Assembly (NCBI GenBank): GCA_030586555.1
Contig: JAURAC010000004.1
Location: 32,001-96,000, forward strand
DNA: 64,000 nucleotides
Origin: Candidatus Subterrananammoxibius californiae
GTDB lineage: Bacteria; Planctomycetota; Brocadiia; Brocadiales; Subterrananammoxibiaceae
Reading direction: 5' to 3'
Shown: one piece after another, positions 18,122 to 26,774 of the stretch
Numbering within the stretch: the first letter of the stretch is position 1
How the letters are laid out: every line of letters starts with the position of its first letter
Program-made: the position numbers and the translations under genes
The notes under the pieces: model-generated
Told to the model about the DNA's origin: nothing
The model's input: the letters and a program-made list of their open reading frames with translations, nothing else
Database searches by the model: none

Positions 18122-18856
18122 TCATGTTACCTTTGGCGTATAACTCAATGATATTCGAACGTCTAACGGTTCTGATGATTGCTCAACCCTAATCCTTCGC
18201 AACCTTACGAGTTCGAGCAGGGCAAGAAAAATTCCTATAATCCGCTTCCTTTCCTTGAACTCAGAAAACAACTCGAAAAGCAATAAAGTTCCGCCTAAGG
18301 CGGATAATCTTTCTAAGACCATAGACATATATACGTGTATAGGCGTATCGTCATCAACAATTGTTACTGGCATGTCGCCCAGGGTTTGCTCCATTAACCG
18401 AGAGAAGGCTTTCACAAGGTCCCACAAATCAATATCATCCATGAGAAACTCCGATTCCTGGCTGGCGAAATTGCTATTTATTAGCCTGGAAAACCTCATG
18501 CTTCTAATTTCTGCCTTTTCTGCAAAAGTAGCAGCAGTTTCTTTATACCTTTTATACTCAAGAAGCTGTTTAACGAGTTCTAATCTTGGGTCTTCCATGT
18601 CCTCCTCTTCCTCAATCTCAGTAACTGGTAAGAGCGCCTTAGACTTTATATGCATGAGCGTTGCTGCCATTACAAGGAACTCGCCCGCCACATTAAGATT
18701 CAGGATATTTAAGGCGTTGAGGTAGTTCATATATTGCTCTGTTATTCTTGCAATTGGGATATCGTATATATCAACTTCGTCTTTCTGAATCAGGTACAAT
18801 AGCAAATCTAATGGACCATTGTATGACTCAAGGTCAACCTTATATTCAGTATCCAT
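18122..18856 (-). CDS. scpA: Segregation and condensation protein A
   Basis: YNGPLDLLLYLI, EFLVMAATLMHIKS, FLALLEL; RBS GGAGG before ATG 18856. Confidence 0.95.
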   Translation of the reverse strand: MDTEYKVDLESYNGPLDLLLYLIQKDEVDIYDIPIARITEQYMNYLNALNILNLNVAGEFLVMAATLMHIKSKALLPVTEIEEEEDMEDPRLELVKQLLEYKRYKETAATFAEKAEIRSMRFSRLINSNFASQESEFLMDDIDLWDLVKAFSRLMEQTLGDMPVTIVDDDTPIHVYMSMVLERLSALGGTLLLFELFSEFKERKRIIGIFLALLELVRLRRIRVEQSSEPLDVRISLSYTPKVT

Positions 18857-18944
18857 GCCCATCCTCCCTAAAAAGGTTGGCAGGTTGGTGAAAACCAAGC
18901 CGACCCAAGCCCACGGCTTGGGTGCCCGCACTTTGTTTTCACTC

Positions 18945-19574
18945 CTAAAAATGGATGCCCGTAAAGAGGGCGAAAAAAAAGGTTATCGGGGGACCAAGGA
19001 CCGTACCCAGGATTGAGACCCCGCCCAGCCGTCCTAACATAATAATTCCCAAAAGGATAAAAGGACCATATCGGCTGAAATTTTCATAGCTTGAGACGTA
19101 TTCGTAAGGCAATAATCCCTTTAAAACGTGCGAACCGTCAAGTGGAAATAATGGAATCAGGTTGAAAAACGCAAGGATGAGACTTAGTCTAACGCTTAAA
19201 AGAAGCATAGCATAAACAGGGTCAGGCAACTTCACAAACTCATATACCAGCCTGAAAATTAAGCCAAGAGCAAAAGCAGAAATAAAATTTGATACAGGCC
19301 CTGCAGCAGAAACCAGCACATCATCCCGACGTGGATTCTTGAAATTGTAAGGATTTACAGGTACTGGCTTACCCCAACCGAATCCTGCAAATATAAAACA
19401 AATCGTACCAATGAGGTCAAGATGAGCAATAGGGTTCAGACTCAAACGTCCTTGTAACCTTGGCGTGGGGTCGCCAAGGCGGTTTGCAGTCCATGCATGA
19501 AAGTATTCATGTATCGTAAGCGCAAATAAAATTCCGGGCGCCATAAATAATAACGCCCTGAAGTCCATTCCCAA
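18945..19574 (-). CDS. Site-2 protease (peptidase M50)
   Basis: HEYFH, AGP, FNLIPLFPLDG; hydrophobic. Confidence 0.93.
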   Translation of the reverse strand: MGMDFRALLFMAPGILFALTIHEYFHAWTANRLGDPTPRLQGRLSLNPIAHLDLIGTICFIFAGFGWGKPVPVNPYNFKNPRRDDVLVSAAGPVSNFISAFALGLIFRLVYEFVKLPDPVYAMLLLSVRLSLILAFFNLIPLFPLDGSHVLKGLLPYEYVSSYENFSRYGPFILLGIIMLGRLGGVSILGTVLGPPITFFFALFTGIHF

Positions 19575-19932
19575 TATTAATAAATCCCCTTATCCAATTA
19601 TTGTATAGAGTTACTAACCACAGGTTTTGCTCAATCTTAACATGAAGGAAAAGGATTGTCAAGCAAAGAAAAAGGTTTGTCTTTTTAGCATGGGTATGAT
19701 AGATTAAGGAAATAACTTACACCGGTTTGCAACTAATTCCAAAAGACCCTATGAAAAGACGAAACCTAATTATAACAAGTAGTCTTATTGACGGATTTTG
19801 TTTTATCAATTAATAAGGAAATTTCTTATTGCAGAATACTTCAATAAGGCGTTATAATATTGCAGGATTATGGAAAATCATGCAATAAGGATTGTGTTTA
19901 TTGCACAATCCTGCAATTAAGGTTTATAAGTA

Positions 19933-21102
19933 GTGAAGCACACAGATTTTATAAATTCAACATCAGGGAACTGCATAAAAACATCAAAAGGATATTGGGC
20001 ATTTATGCCTAATCCTCTGCCACCTCAAATTGATTACGACAAAAGCCTTATCAGACATCTTTCCGAGGCAGATAGATTATTAGGGGAATTGTCAGGAACA
20101 GGAAGATTGCTACCTAACCCTTATCTTCTAATTAACCCATATATTCATCGTGAGGCTGTGTCAAGTTCACGAATTGAAGGAACACAAGCCTCGCTTAGCG
20201 ACTTATTCTTCTTTGAAGCGGCAGAATTTGAAGAGCCTAAAGTACCCGATGTTCGAGAGGTTCGTAATTATGTTCGTGCTATGGAGTATGGGATTGACCG
20301 TTTGAAAGAATTACCTATATCCATAAGATTAATTCGTGAGATTCACAAGGTATTAATGGAAGGAGTCAGGGGCGAACAAGCTACACCTGGGGAACTTCGC
20401 CGTAGCCAGAACTGGATAGGACCACGGGGATGTCTACTTAATGAAGCCACCTATGTACCACCACCTATAAAAGAAATGGCACAGGCACTAAGCGATTGGG
20501 AAAAATATCTACACGCAAATCCCGATGAACCTCCATTAATCCAATGTGCCATGGCACATTATCAGTTTGAGGCAATCCACCCATTTCTCGATGGTAACGG
20601 ACGTATTGGAAGACTTTTAATTACTTTCTTTCTTTGTGAAAGAGGGTATCTAACTCAGCCGCTTCTTTATTTGTCAGCATTCTTTGACAGGTTTCGAGAT
20701 GAATATTACTCAAGGCTACTTGCTGTTAGCCAAAGGGGAGATTGGCGGGGTTGGATTGAGTTTTTCTTACGTGGAATGGCGAATCAATCAAAAGAGGCTA
20801 TATCAGATGCTAAGAAAATACTCGATTTGCATACAGAATATCAAGAGGCGCTCGAAAAAACAACTAAGAAAATCCCGGAATCTGCCCATAGGCTGATTGA
20901 TGAGATTTTTTTAAATCCTGTAATTTCTATCTCTGGACTGAGCAAAAAATGGAATATGTCTTTTAACTCCGTAAAAAAAGGTGTGTCGAGGCTTATTGAA
21001 ATAGGTATACTTCGTGAAGTTACAAAGAGAAAAAGAAAAAGACTCTTTATTGCGCACAAATTAATGAAGTTATTGACTTCGACAGACATAGTAAGACATT
21101 AA
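19933..21102 (+). CDS. Fic family protein (class II) with C-terminal wHTH
   Basis: HPFLDGNGRIGR Fic motif; N-terminal SSRIEG inhibitory motif. Confidence 0.93.
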   Translation: MKHTDFINSTSGNCIKTSKGYWAFMPNPLPPQIDYDKSLIRHLSEADRLLGELSGTGRLLPNPYLLINPYIHREAVSSSRIEGTQASLSDLFFFEAAEFEEPKVPDVREVRNYVRAMEYGIDRLKELPISIRLIREIHKVLMEGVRGEQATPGELRRSQNWIGPRGCLLNEATYVPPPIKEMAQALSDWEKYLHANPDEPPLIQCAMAHYQFEAIHPFLDGNGRIGRLLITFFLCERGYLTQPLLYLSAFFDRFRDEYYSRLLAVSQRGDWRGWIEFFLRGMANQSKEAISDAKKILDLHTEYQEALEKTTKKIPESAHRLIDEIFLNPVISISGLSKKWNMSFNSVKKGVSRLIEIGILREVTKRKRKRLFIAHKLMKLLTSTDIVRH

Positions 21103-21153
21103 CCGTTGGAAAGAAAAAATAGTAAAGTTTTGTTGAGCGTTTTTCAAAGAGTT

Positions 21154-21822
21154 TTAGGCGTAGAGTTTCTTCTCCATAATATACGCCTCCACGCATGACG
21201 GCACAAGGTACTTTATCCCCTGCCCATTTTTTATTCTTGCCCTTATATCTGTAGAGGATATGCCAATAGTGGGTATCTCAACCCTTAATTGTGCCATCTC
21301 CGACACCTTCTCATCTCCAAGTATCCCTGCCAATCGTGTCCCAATATCAGGCATACTTTCCTGCCTATTCACAGTAACAAAATGGCAAAGAGTCAAAAGG
21401 CGCTTCACATCCTTCCACGAAGGGAGTTCTTGCAATGTATCATCGCCCATAATAAGGTACAATTCACAACGACCCTTATATAATCCTAAGATTGATTCCA
21501 CGGTATCAATAGTGTACGACTTACCCGTGCGCTTAATTTCAATATCGGAAATTTCAAAATGCGGATTTCCATTAATGGCTTCCTTGACCATTTCATAACG
21601 GTGTGAGGCATCTGCCAAATCAGAAGGTGTCTTATGCGGGGGGTAACCCAGAGGTACAAACAACACCTTCGATAAGCGATGACAACGGTAAACCTCTTCA
21701 GCTACAATCAGATGTCCAATATGTATAGGGTTAAATGACCCGCCTAATATACCGAGCCTCACTTTCCCTCCTTGCGAAGGCGGGGATTGAGGGGTGGTGA
21801 TAAATTGTCCCGACCTTTTCAT
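21154..21822 (-). CDS. nadD: Nicotinate-nucleotide adenylyltransferase
   Basis: GGSFNPIHIGH, SYTIDT, ISSTDIR; start uncertain. Confidence 0.95.
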   Translation of the reverse strand: MKRSGQFITTPQSPPSQGGKVRLGILGGSFNPIHIGHLIVAEEVYRCHRLSKVLFVPLGYPPHKTPSDLADASHRYEMVKEAINGNPHFEISDIEIKRTGKSYTIDTVESILGLYKGRCELYLIMGDDTLQELPSWKDVKRLLTLCHFVTVNRQESMPDIGTRLAGILGDEKVSEMAQLRVEIPTIGISSTDIRARIKNGQGIKYLVPSCVEAYIMEKKLYA

Positions 21823-21832
21823 AACGGACATC

Positions 21833-21860
21833 ATTATAGGAAAAGGCAGGATTATGTCAA
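21833..21860 (-). promoter_or_regulatory. sigma70 promoter of nadD
   Basis: Minus strand TTGACA-16bp-TATAAT immediately upstream of the gene. Confidence 0.65.
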
Positions 21861-22108
21861 CCTAAATACATGTTTATTTTCCAACTGGGCAATGTCTATT
21901 TTAGGGCTCACATTTTTGAAAAAAAATAACGTATCAGAAAGCGGCTTATATCGCAATTTCAAGGCATGGGATTGTTCGCCACGGCGAATCCCGCCTGAGG
22001 TGGGTCTGTGGGAAGTCCCAGGGGCATCCTCTGGTAAATGCCTCAGGCATGACTTCGCCTTCGGCTCGCAATATCCAATACGAATGTTTCATGAATAGTA
22101 AGGTTCTG

Positions 22109-22351
22109 ACAAATTCTCGAATGTCACCAAGGCAGATAAAAAAATATTGTGCGCTCGACCCCCATGCGGAGACGCTCCTGCACCAGGCAATGATAGAACT
22201 TGGCTTATCTGCCCGTGGATACAACAAGATTCTCAAGGTTTCCCGCACAATAGCAGACCTCGATCCGCCTCAGGCGGACGAAAACATCAAGGTCGAACAT
22301 ATCTCTGAAGCAATACAGTACAGGAGCCTGGATAGGGGGCTGTGGAGGTAA
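22109..22351 (+). pseudogene. comM: 3' fragment of ComM/YifB (Mg-chelatase-related ATPase)
   Basis: NSRM..RQIKKYC.LD....[25 protein letters not shown]....[12 protein letters not shown]; no upstream AAA+ part. Confidence 0.85.
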
Positions 22352-22666
22352 AGTTGAATCCCCCTCCTCTTAAAAGAGAACCTGGATACTGAAATAAGCA
22401 GAAATAAATCTGTCCCCTTTTCTCGAAATATGAAACCGAGAGGCAAGGCGAAGCTTGCCGCTTAGGTAAAATACACAGACTCTTGAAGTTTTTCTCTGGA
22501 TTTTTCATTTTTAAAGTGTCGGCCCAAAGCCATCTCATCTGAAATGACAAACTTTTACTACTTCGTTTTGTCGAAAAAAATATAAATTATATTGCATATC
22601 TGTAAAGAAAATGTACAATATATGGGACTAATAACTCATTAAACACCATTAGTTCATTTTAAAAAT

Positions 22667-23260
22667 ATGCAGGATAAGATATTTTCCAAGTTCAATATAT
22701 ACGATCAAATAGGTTATTTAATGGTAGGCGGTATAGGCCTCCTTGTAGTCATTGTAGACTTTCGTTTTCTTAATATTTCAAGCCTCCTTCCCCAGTTTAA
22801 TACACAAACTTTTATTGCCTGGTTTCTATTCGCATATTTTCTTGGTCACATACTACAAGCAATTTCAAATTTCTTAGTTATAGAAAATAAGTCAGAATTT
22901 TCCGCTTCTGAAGAAGAAATTTTAATTAAAGCCAAAGAGTACTTTGGTCTTGAAAAGCAATCCTCAGAAGAACTATATAAATATTGCTATATGCTATCTT
23001 CGGCAAAGGACATTACGGGACAAGTGCAATCCTTTAATGCTTACTATAGTCTTTACCGCGGCTGGTTTATAATTTTTACATTTGAATCAGTATTTCTCTT
23101 GGTATTTGTTATAGCAAATTGGTTTAGTTGGCATTTTATATCACTTGTTCTATCAATTTTATTGGCAATTTTATTTTTTATAAGGTTGAAACGGTTTTAT
23201 AATTATTCAAGAGCTAAAACATTGCAAACGTTTATCTTATTAACGAAGTTAGGACTATGA
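22667..23260 (+). CDS. Hypothetical membrane protein with about 4 TM helices
   Basis: Four hydrophobic segments; AT-rich; ATGA overlap with the next gene. Confidence 0.85.
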   Translation: MQDKIFSKFNIYDQIGYLMVGGIGLLVVIVDFRFLNISSLLPQFNTQTFIAWFLFAYFLGHILQAISNFLVIENKSEFSASEEEILIKAKEYFGLEKQSSEELYKYCYMLSSAKDITGQVQSFNAYYSLYRGWFIIFTFESVFLLVFVIANWFSWHFISLVLSILLAILFFIRLKRFYNYSRAKTLQTFILLTKLGL

Positions 23261-24651
23261 TTAAATTTCATTTCTTAAATGTAGGACATGGAGATACAAC
23301 AATAATTGAACTTCCAGACGATGAGTTAATGCTGGTTGATTTTAACCGCGATATTGAATTTGATGATGAAACTGCCAAAGAATTGGCAGAAATATACAAA
23401 ATAGATTTTAACAAATTAGAAAAGAGTAAAAAATATTATTCTGAGATATCAAAGTATTATAATATATTACTTGATGATTCGCTGACCTATTTAAAAGAAA
23501 ATTTTGAGGATAAAAACATTTTTAGGTATATTCAGACTCACCCTGATATTGATCATCTTGCTGGTTTTAAAGCATTAACCGAAAATTTTTCGATTGTTGA
23601 TTTCTGGGATACAGACCATGAAAATATTGAGAAAACCGACTTTAAAAATGATTCAGATGAAGAGGATTGGAAACACTATCTTGAATTCAGGAAAAACAAA
23701 AAGAAAATATATTATAGATCATCAAATAAAATTAGTAGTAATGATCAAACTTATCCATACAAAATATACGTGTTTCATCCAACAAGGGAAGCTTTAGTAG
23801 ATGGAGATTCAAAAGAAAATCCCCAACCAAATTTTTTTAGTTACTTAATTTTAATTGATTACAATGGATTTAAGACTGTTTTAGGTGGTGATGTTACAGA
23901 AAAATATTGGAAAGATTTATGGGAATGGTTAGAAGATAACGAATCGGCTAAACAGTTGTTTAAAGACATTCATGTTCTTAAAGCTTCTCATCATGGAAGA
24001 AAATCTGGACGGTGTGGATGGGAAGAAAAGAAGATCTATAAAAGAGATTTTCTAAATTGGATGAATCCTGAAAACGTTATTATTTCTGTAGGCAAAAAAC
24101 CGGAAAATTGCGATGCAACAGAATGGTATAGAAAAAAGTCAGATGGTTCAAGCAGGAACGTGCTGACGACTAGATGGTATGGAACAGTTTGGTCTTCGTA
24201 TGATGGCACAACTCCATTCGATAAAGAAAAGATCAAAATAGAAACAAGGTATGACAGAAAAGATAGTGAAGACCACATAAAACAGTTAGCTATACCTATA
24301 AAGGAGTCAGGCTACACATTTAAAATTGGGGCTCAAAGATGTGCCTTGAAATCCGGTCCTTTTAGAGAGGAATATAAAAAAGGAGGGAGGGCACTAACAA
24401 AAAATATGTGGCTAAAGTTTTATGTCAAAAAAACTGATATACCAGAGCCATTTGAGGTTAAATGGAGGGTTGTTAATACAGGAGAAGAGGCAAGGCTTGC
24501 GGAAGATTTAAGGGGTAGAATTGAAGATGATAAAGGGTTTAAGGCTAAGAGAGAGCAAACAAAATATAAAGGAACGCATTTTATGGATTGTTTTGCCATA
24601 AAAGATGGAGTTTGTGTAGCAAAAGACAGGTTTTATGTTAATATAAAGTAA
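23257..24651 (+). CDS. ComEC/Rec2-type metallo-beta-lactamase hydrolase fused to a C-terminal AGS-C-like domain
   Basis: HFLNVGHGD, THPDIDH, GGD, KASHHG, IISVG; C-terminal KWRVVNTGEEA...LRG.I...EQTKYKGTHFMDCFAIKDGVCVAKDRFYVNI resembles AGS-C. Confidence 0.8.
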   Translation: MIKFHFLNVGHGDTTIIELPDDELMLVDFNRDIEFDDETAKELAEIYKIDFNKLEKSKKYYSEISKYYNILLDDSLTYLKENFEDKNIFRYIQTHPDIDHLAGFKALTENFSIVDFWDTDHENIEKTDFKNDSDEEDWKHYLEFRKNKKKIYYRSSNKISSNDQTYPYKIYVFHPTREALVDGDSKENPQPNFFSYLILIDYNGFKTVLGGDVTEKYWKDLWEWLEDNESAKQLFKDIHVLKASHHGRKSGRCGWEEKKIYKRDFLNWMNPENVIISVGKKPENCDATEWYRKKSDGSSRNVLTTRWYGTVWSSYDGTTPFDKEKIKIETRYDRKDSEDHIKQLAIPIKESGYTFKIGAQRCALKSGPFREEYKKGGRALTKNMWLKFYVKKTDIPEPFEVKWRVVNTGEEARLAEDLRGRIEDDKGFKAKREQTKYKGTHFMDCFAIKDGVCVAKDRFYVNIK

Positions 24652-25192
24652 ACTTTATCTATTGTTGTTTCATCCATCAAACGTCAAAGATTGCTTTATA
24701 ATGGTTTAATCTTTAATGATTTTAAAAAAGGCATCTATACCCGTACTTTGCATACCATAGTTAGGGGTAACTAAAGTGAAGCCGGATACGTTGTTTTTGG
24801 GGAAGCTGTGATACTATAAACGAACTACATTACCTTCTAAATCCACGAAATAAACAAGGGCCCACTATGGTTCTTTTCTCTGAACTCGAAGTGCCACTTT
24901 TTCAATCGGCCAAGTCTTATTTTTCCTCATTGCTGTCCAAAATAATTCAAAAGGCGAAAAGGGGACAGATTTATTTTTGAATCCCTCTCCTCTTAAAAGA
25001 GAATCTGGACACAAAATTTAGTTCATAGCTCATGGCTCATAGTTCTTAGTTTGAATATATCTCCCAAAAGTTCGTACTCTTTTGCACACCCTTTAGTCAC
25101 CTTTCATATTTGAACGCATGCATACCCTTGCCCCAAATCACTAAATTCTTACGTCACACCAATTTGAATCAATTGACCATGTCTCAATTTTC

Positions 25193-25208
25193 TGGCATTT
25201 TATTTGCT
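25193..25208 (+). promoter_or_regulatory. sigma54 promoter
   Basis: TGGCAT-TTTAT-TTGCT (-24/-12), ~50 bp before the cytochrome c gene. Confidence 0.75.
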
Positions 25209-25260
25209 TTCTTGAATTAACACAGTATAATTCTTTGCATTGACAACGGGAGAATTCTTT

Positions 25261-26106
25261 ATGACACCAAGCATAATCTTAAAAGCTATCTTCTTCTTCA
25301 TGGGCGCCGTACTGATTATTGCAATGACTACTACCACTGTTTATTCCGCTCCACCACAGTACTGGGAGGTTCAAGATATTTTCTATAGCTATTGCACGCG
25401 GTGTCATTACAGCGAAGGGGCGGGGGACCTTGAGGCTGGGCTTGTGCTGAACTCTTATCAAGAGCTTATGGAGGGCGACAGCAAGCACGGTCCTGTCGTT
25501 ACCCCTGGGAATGCCGATGACAGCATATTAATACAAAAGATAGGATCAAATCCACCATTTGGCGCAAGGATGCCTTATAGCGGGGCTTACTTGAGCGAAG
25601 AGCAGATTAACACAATCAGGGATTGGATAAATGCAGGGGCTAACGGACCCACTCAAAAACGAATCGTAAAAAAGGTAGTGGCTTATCCAAGAGGCAATAT
25701 CATAAATATGAACAAGAGCGCCTGCGAAATAATTAAGCCTGTTGATGGAAATATAATAAAGATAAGGATGGGAACACGGGTGTTCTTTAAGACAGGCTAT
25801 GGATTTATATGGGCTGCAAATGCTCAAGGCTTGGCAAGATGCGAAATGAAGCTCTATATCAAGGAAGGGGACGTTTGGGTTCTTAAAGGTAATTCACCCA
25901 TTCTCAAAAAACAATCGTGGGGACCCAATCTAATGTCTTCTCCAATACACAGGTTCTCAAAAGTATTTGGGGTCTGGCAGAAATTCAATACGCCGGGAAC
26001 CTATGAGGTAAAGGCAGAGATATTTGCCTCTACAAAAGCAAAACTTGAACTCTCCCCACGGGATGCATTTTCTGAGGTCTTGTTGACGGTAATTGTTTCG
26101 CCATAA
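25261..26106 (+). CDS. Secreted planctomycete-type monoheme cytochrome c with a C-terminal beta-rich domain
   Basis: Signal peptide, CTRCH, GLVL.SY..LM.G..GPVV.PG....S.L, RMP, WINAGA. Confidence 0.85.
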   Translation: MTPSIILKAIFFFMGAVLIIAMTTTTVYSAPPQYWEVQDIFYSYCTRCHYSEGAGDLEAGLVLNSYQELMEGDSKHGPVVTPGNADDSILIQKIGSNPPFGARMPYSGAYLSEEQINTIRDWINAGANGPTQKRIVKKVVAYPRGNIINMNKSACEIIKPVDGNIIKIRMGTRVFFKTGYGFIWAANAQGLARCEMKLYIKEGDVWVLKGNSPILKKQSWGPNLMSSPIHRFSKVFGVWQKFNTPGTYEVKAEIFASTKAKLELSPRDAFSEVLLTVIVSP

Positions 26107-26122
26107 AACAGGAGATTCAAAC

Positions 26123-26749
26123 ATGACCAATTTGTCTTGCTTTGCACGGATAAACACAGTTTATCCGTGCCACCCTTTACCCCACCCAGAACCCAGGGTG
26201 GCATGGACAAATTCATTTGTCCGTGCCGTTCCCTGTGTAATAATTCTATTCTTTTCATCCGTATTCTTACAAGTCGGGGATAATTTTGCGGCAGGCGGCT
26301 GCCACTGGTGGGATACTGGTATTTATGAAGTGGGAGCGGGACGTTTGTGTATAATAAGCAATACGGAAGGTTCTGCCGAGAACTTCGCACAGGGAGATAC
26401 GTCAGGCAGATGCGGTCCCATAAAGGTAAATAAGGGGAGTACCGTTGCCTTTAAGTCTGGATTTGGGTACGAGATGGTATGGTATAGCAACGCCACAGGC
26501 ACACAATCATTAAGTGTAACGGTAGAGCTTTCCAGAGATGGGCAAAACTGGGAGTCTTACGACTCAACGGAACACCGCTATTTTGAGACAGGACCAAAAA
26601 TTCATGCTAACAGTGTTGACGTCTGGGTAGAATTCAACGAGGTCGGCACTGTCTACGTCAAAACAATCCTCACCGCCGTATCTCATCCCGTTGACGGGGC
26701 TGAACAGCAGGTTATAGATGAGGTCATTACAGAGGTTAATGTGGATTAA
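26123..26749 (+). CDS. Hypothetical exported protein
   Basis: RBS AGGAG, hydrophobic segment, C-terminal domain similar to that of the upstream cytochrome; inverted REP pair in the 5' part. Confidence 0.65.
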   Translation: MTNLSCFARINTVYPCHPLPHPEPRVAWTNSFVRAVPCVIILFFSSVFLQVGDNFAAGGCHWWDTGIYEVGAGRLCIISNTEGSAENFAQGDTSGRCGPIKVNKGSTVAFKSGFGYEMVWYSNATGTQSLSVTVELSRDGQNWESYDSTEHRYFETGPKIHANSVDVWVEFNEVGTVYVKTILTAVSHPVDGAEQQVIDEVITEVNVD

Positions 26750-26774
26750 CCTGTTAGAAGACAGAAGGGAAAAA

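Larger units (their letters stand above)
22354..25012. mobile_element. Non-autonomous cassette with 21-bp terminal inverted repeats and 36-bp flanking direct repeats, carrying two AT-rich genes
   Basis: IR AAATAAATCTGTCCCCTTTTC at 22402-22422 and its exact reverse complement at 24956-24976; DR 22354-22389 vs 24977-25012 (33/36 identical). Confidence 0.75.

Noticed and set aside
21950..22080. GC-rich structured stretch as a possible 6S or other ncRNA
   Set aside because: It looks like a mosaic of short palindromic repeats also seen at 42001-42030 and 60363; no long closing stem or family motif
23257..24651. Competence protein ComEC
   Set aside because: Lacks the ComEC channel and OB domains, is AT-rich cassette cargo and has an unrelated C-terminal domain
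24814..24930. Possible glyoxalase/VOC gene remnant (EP*WALVYFVDLEGNVVRL*) on the minus strand inside the cassette
   Set aside because: Too short and interrupted to support without a search
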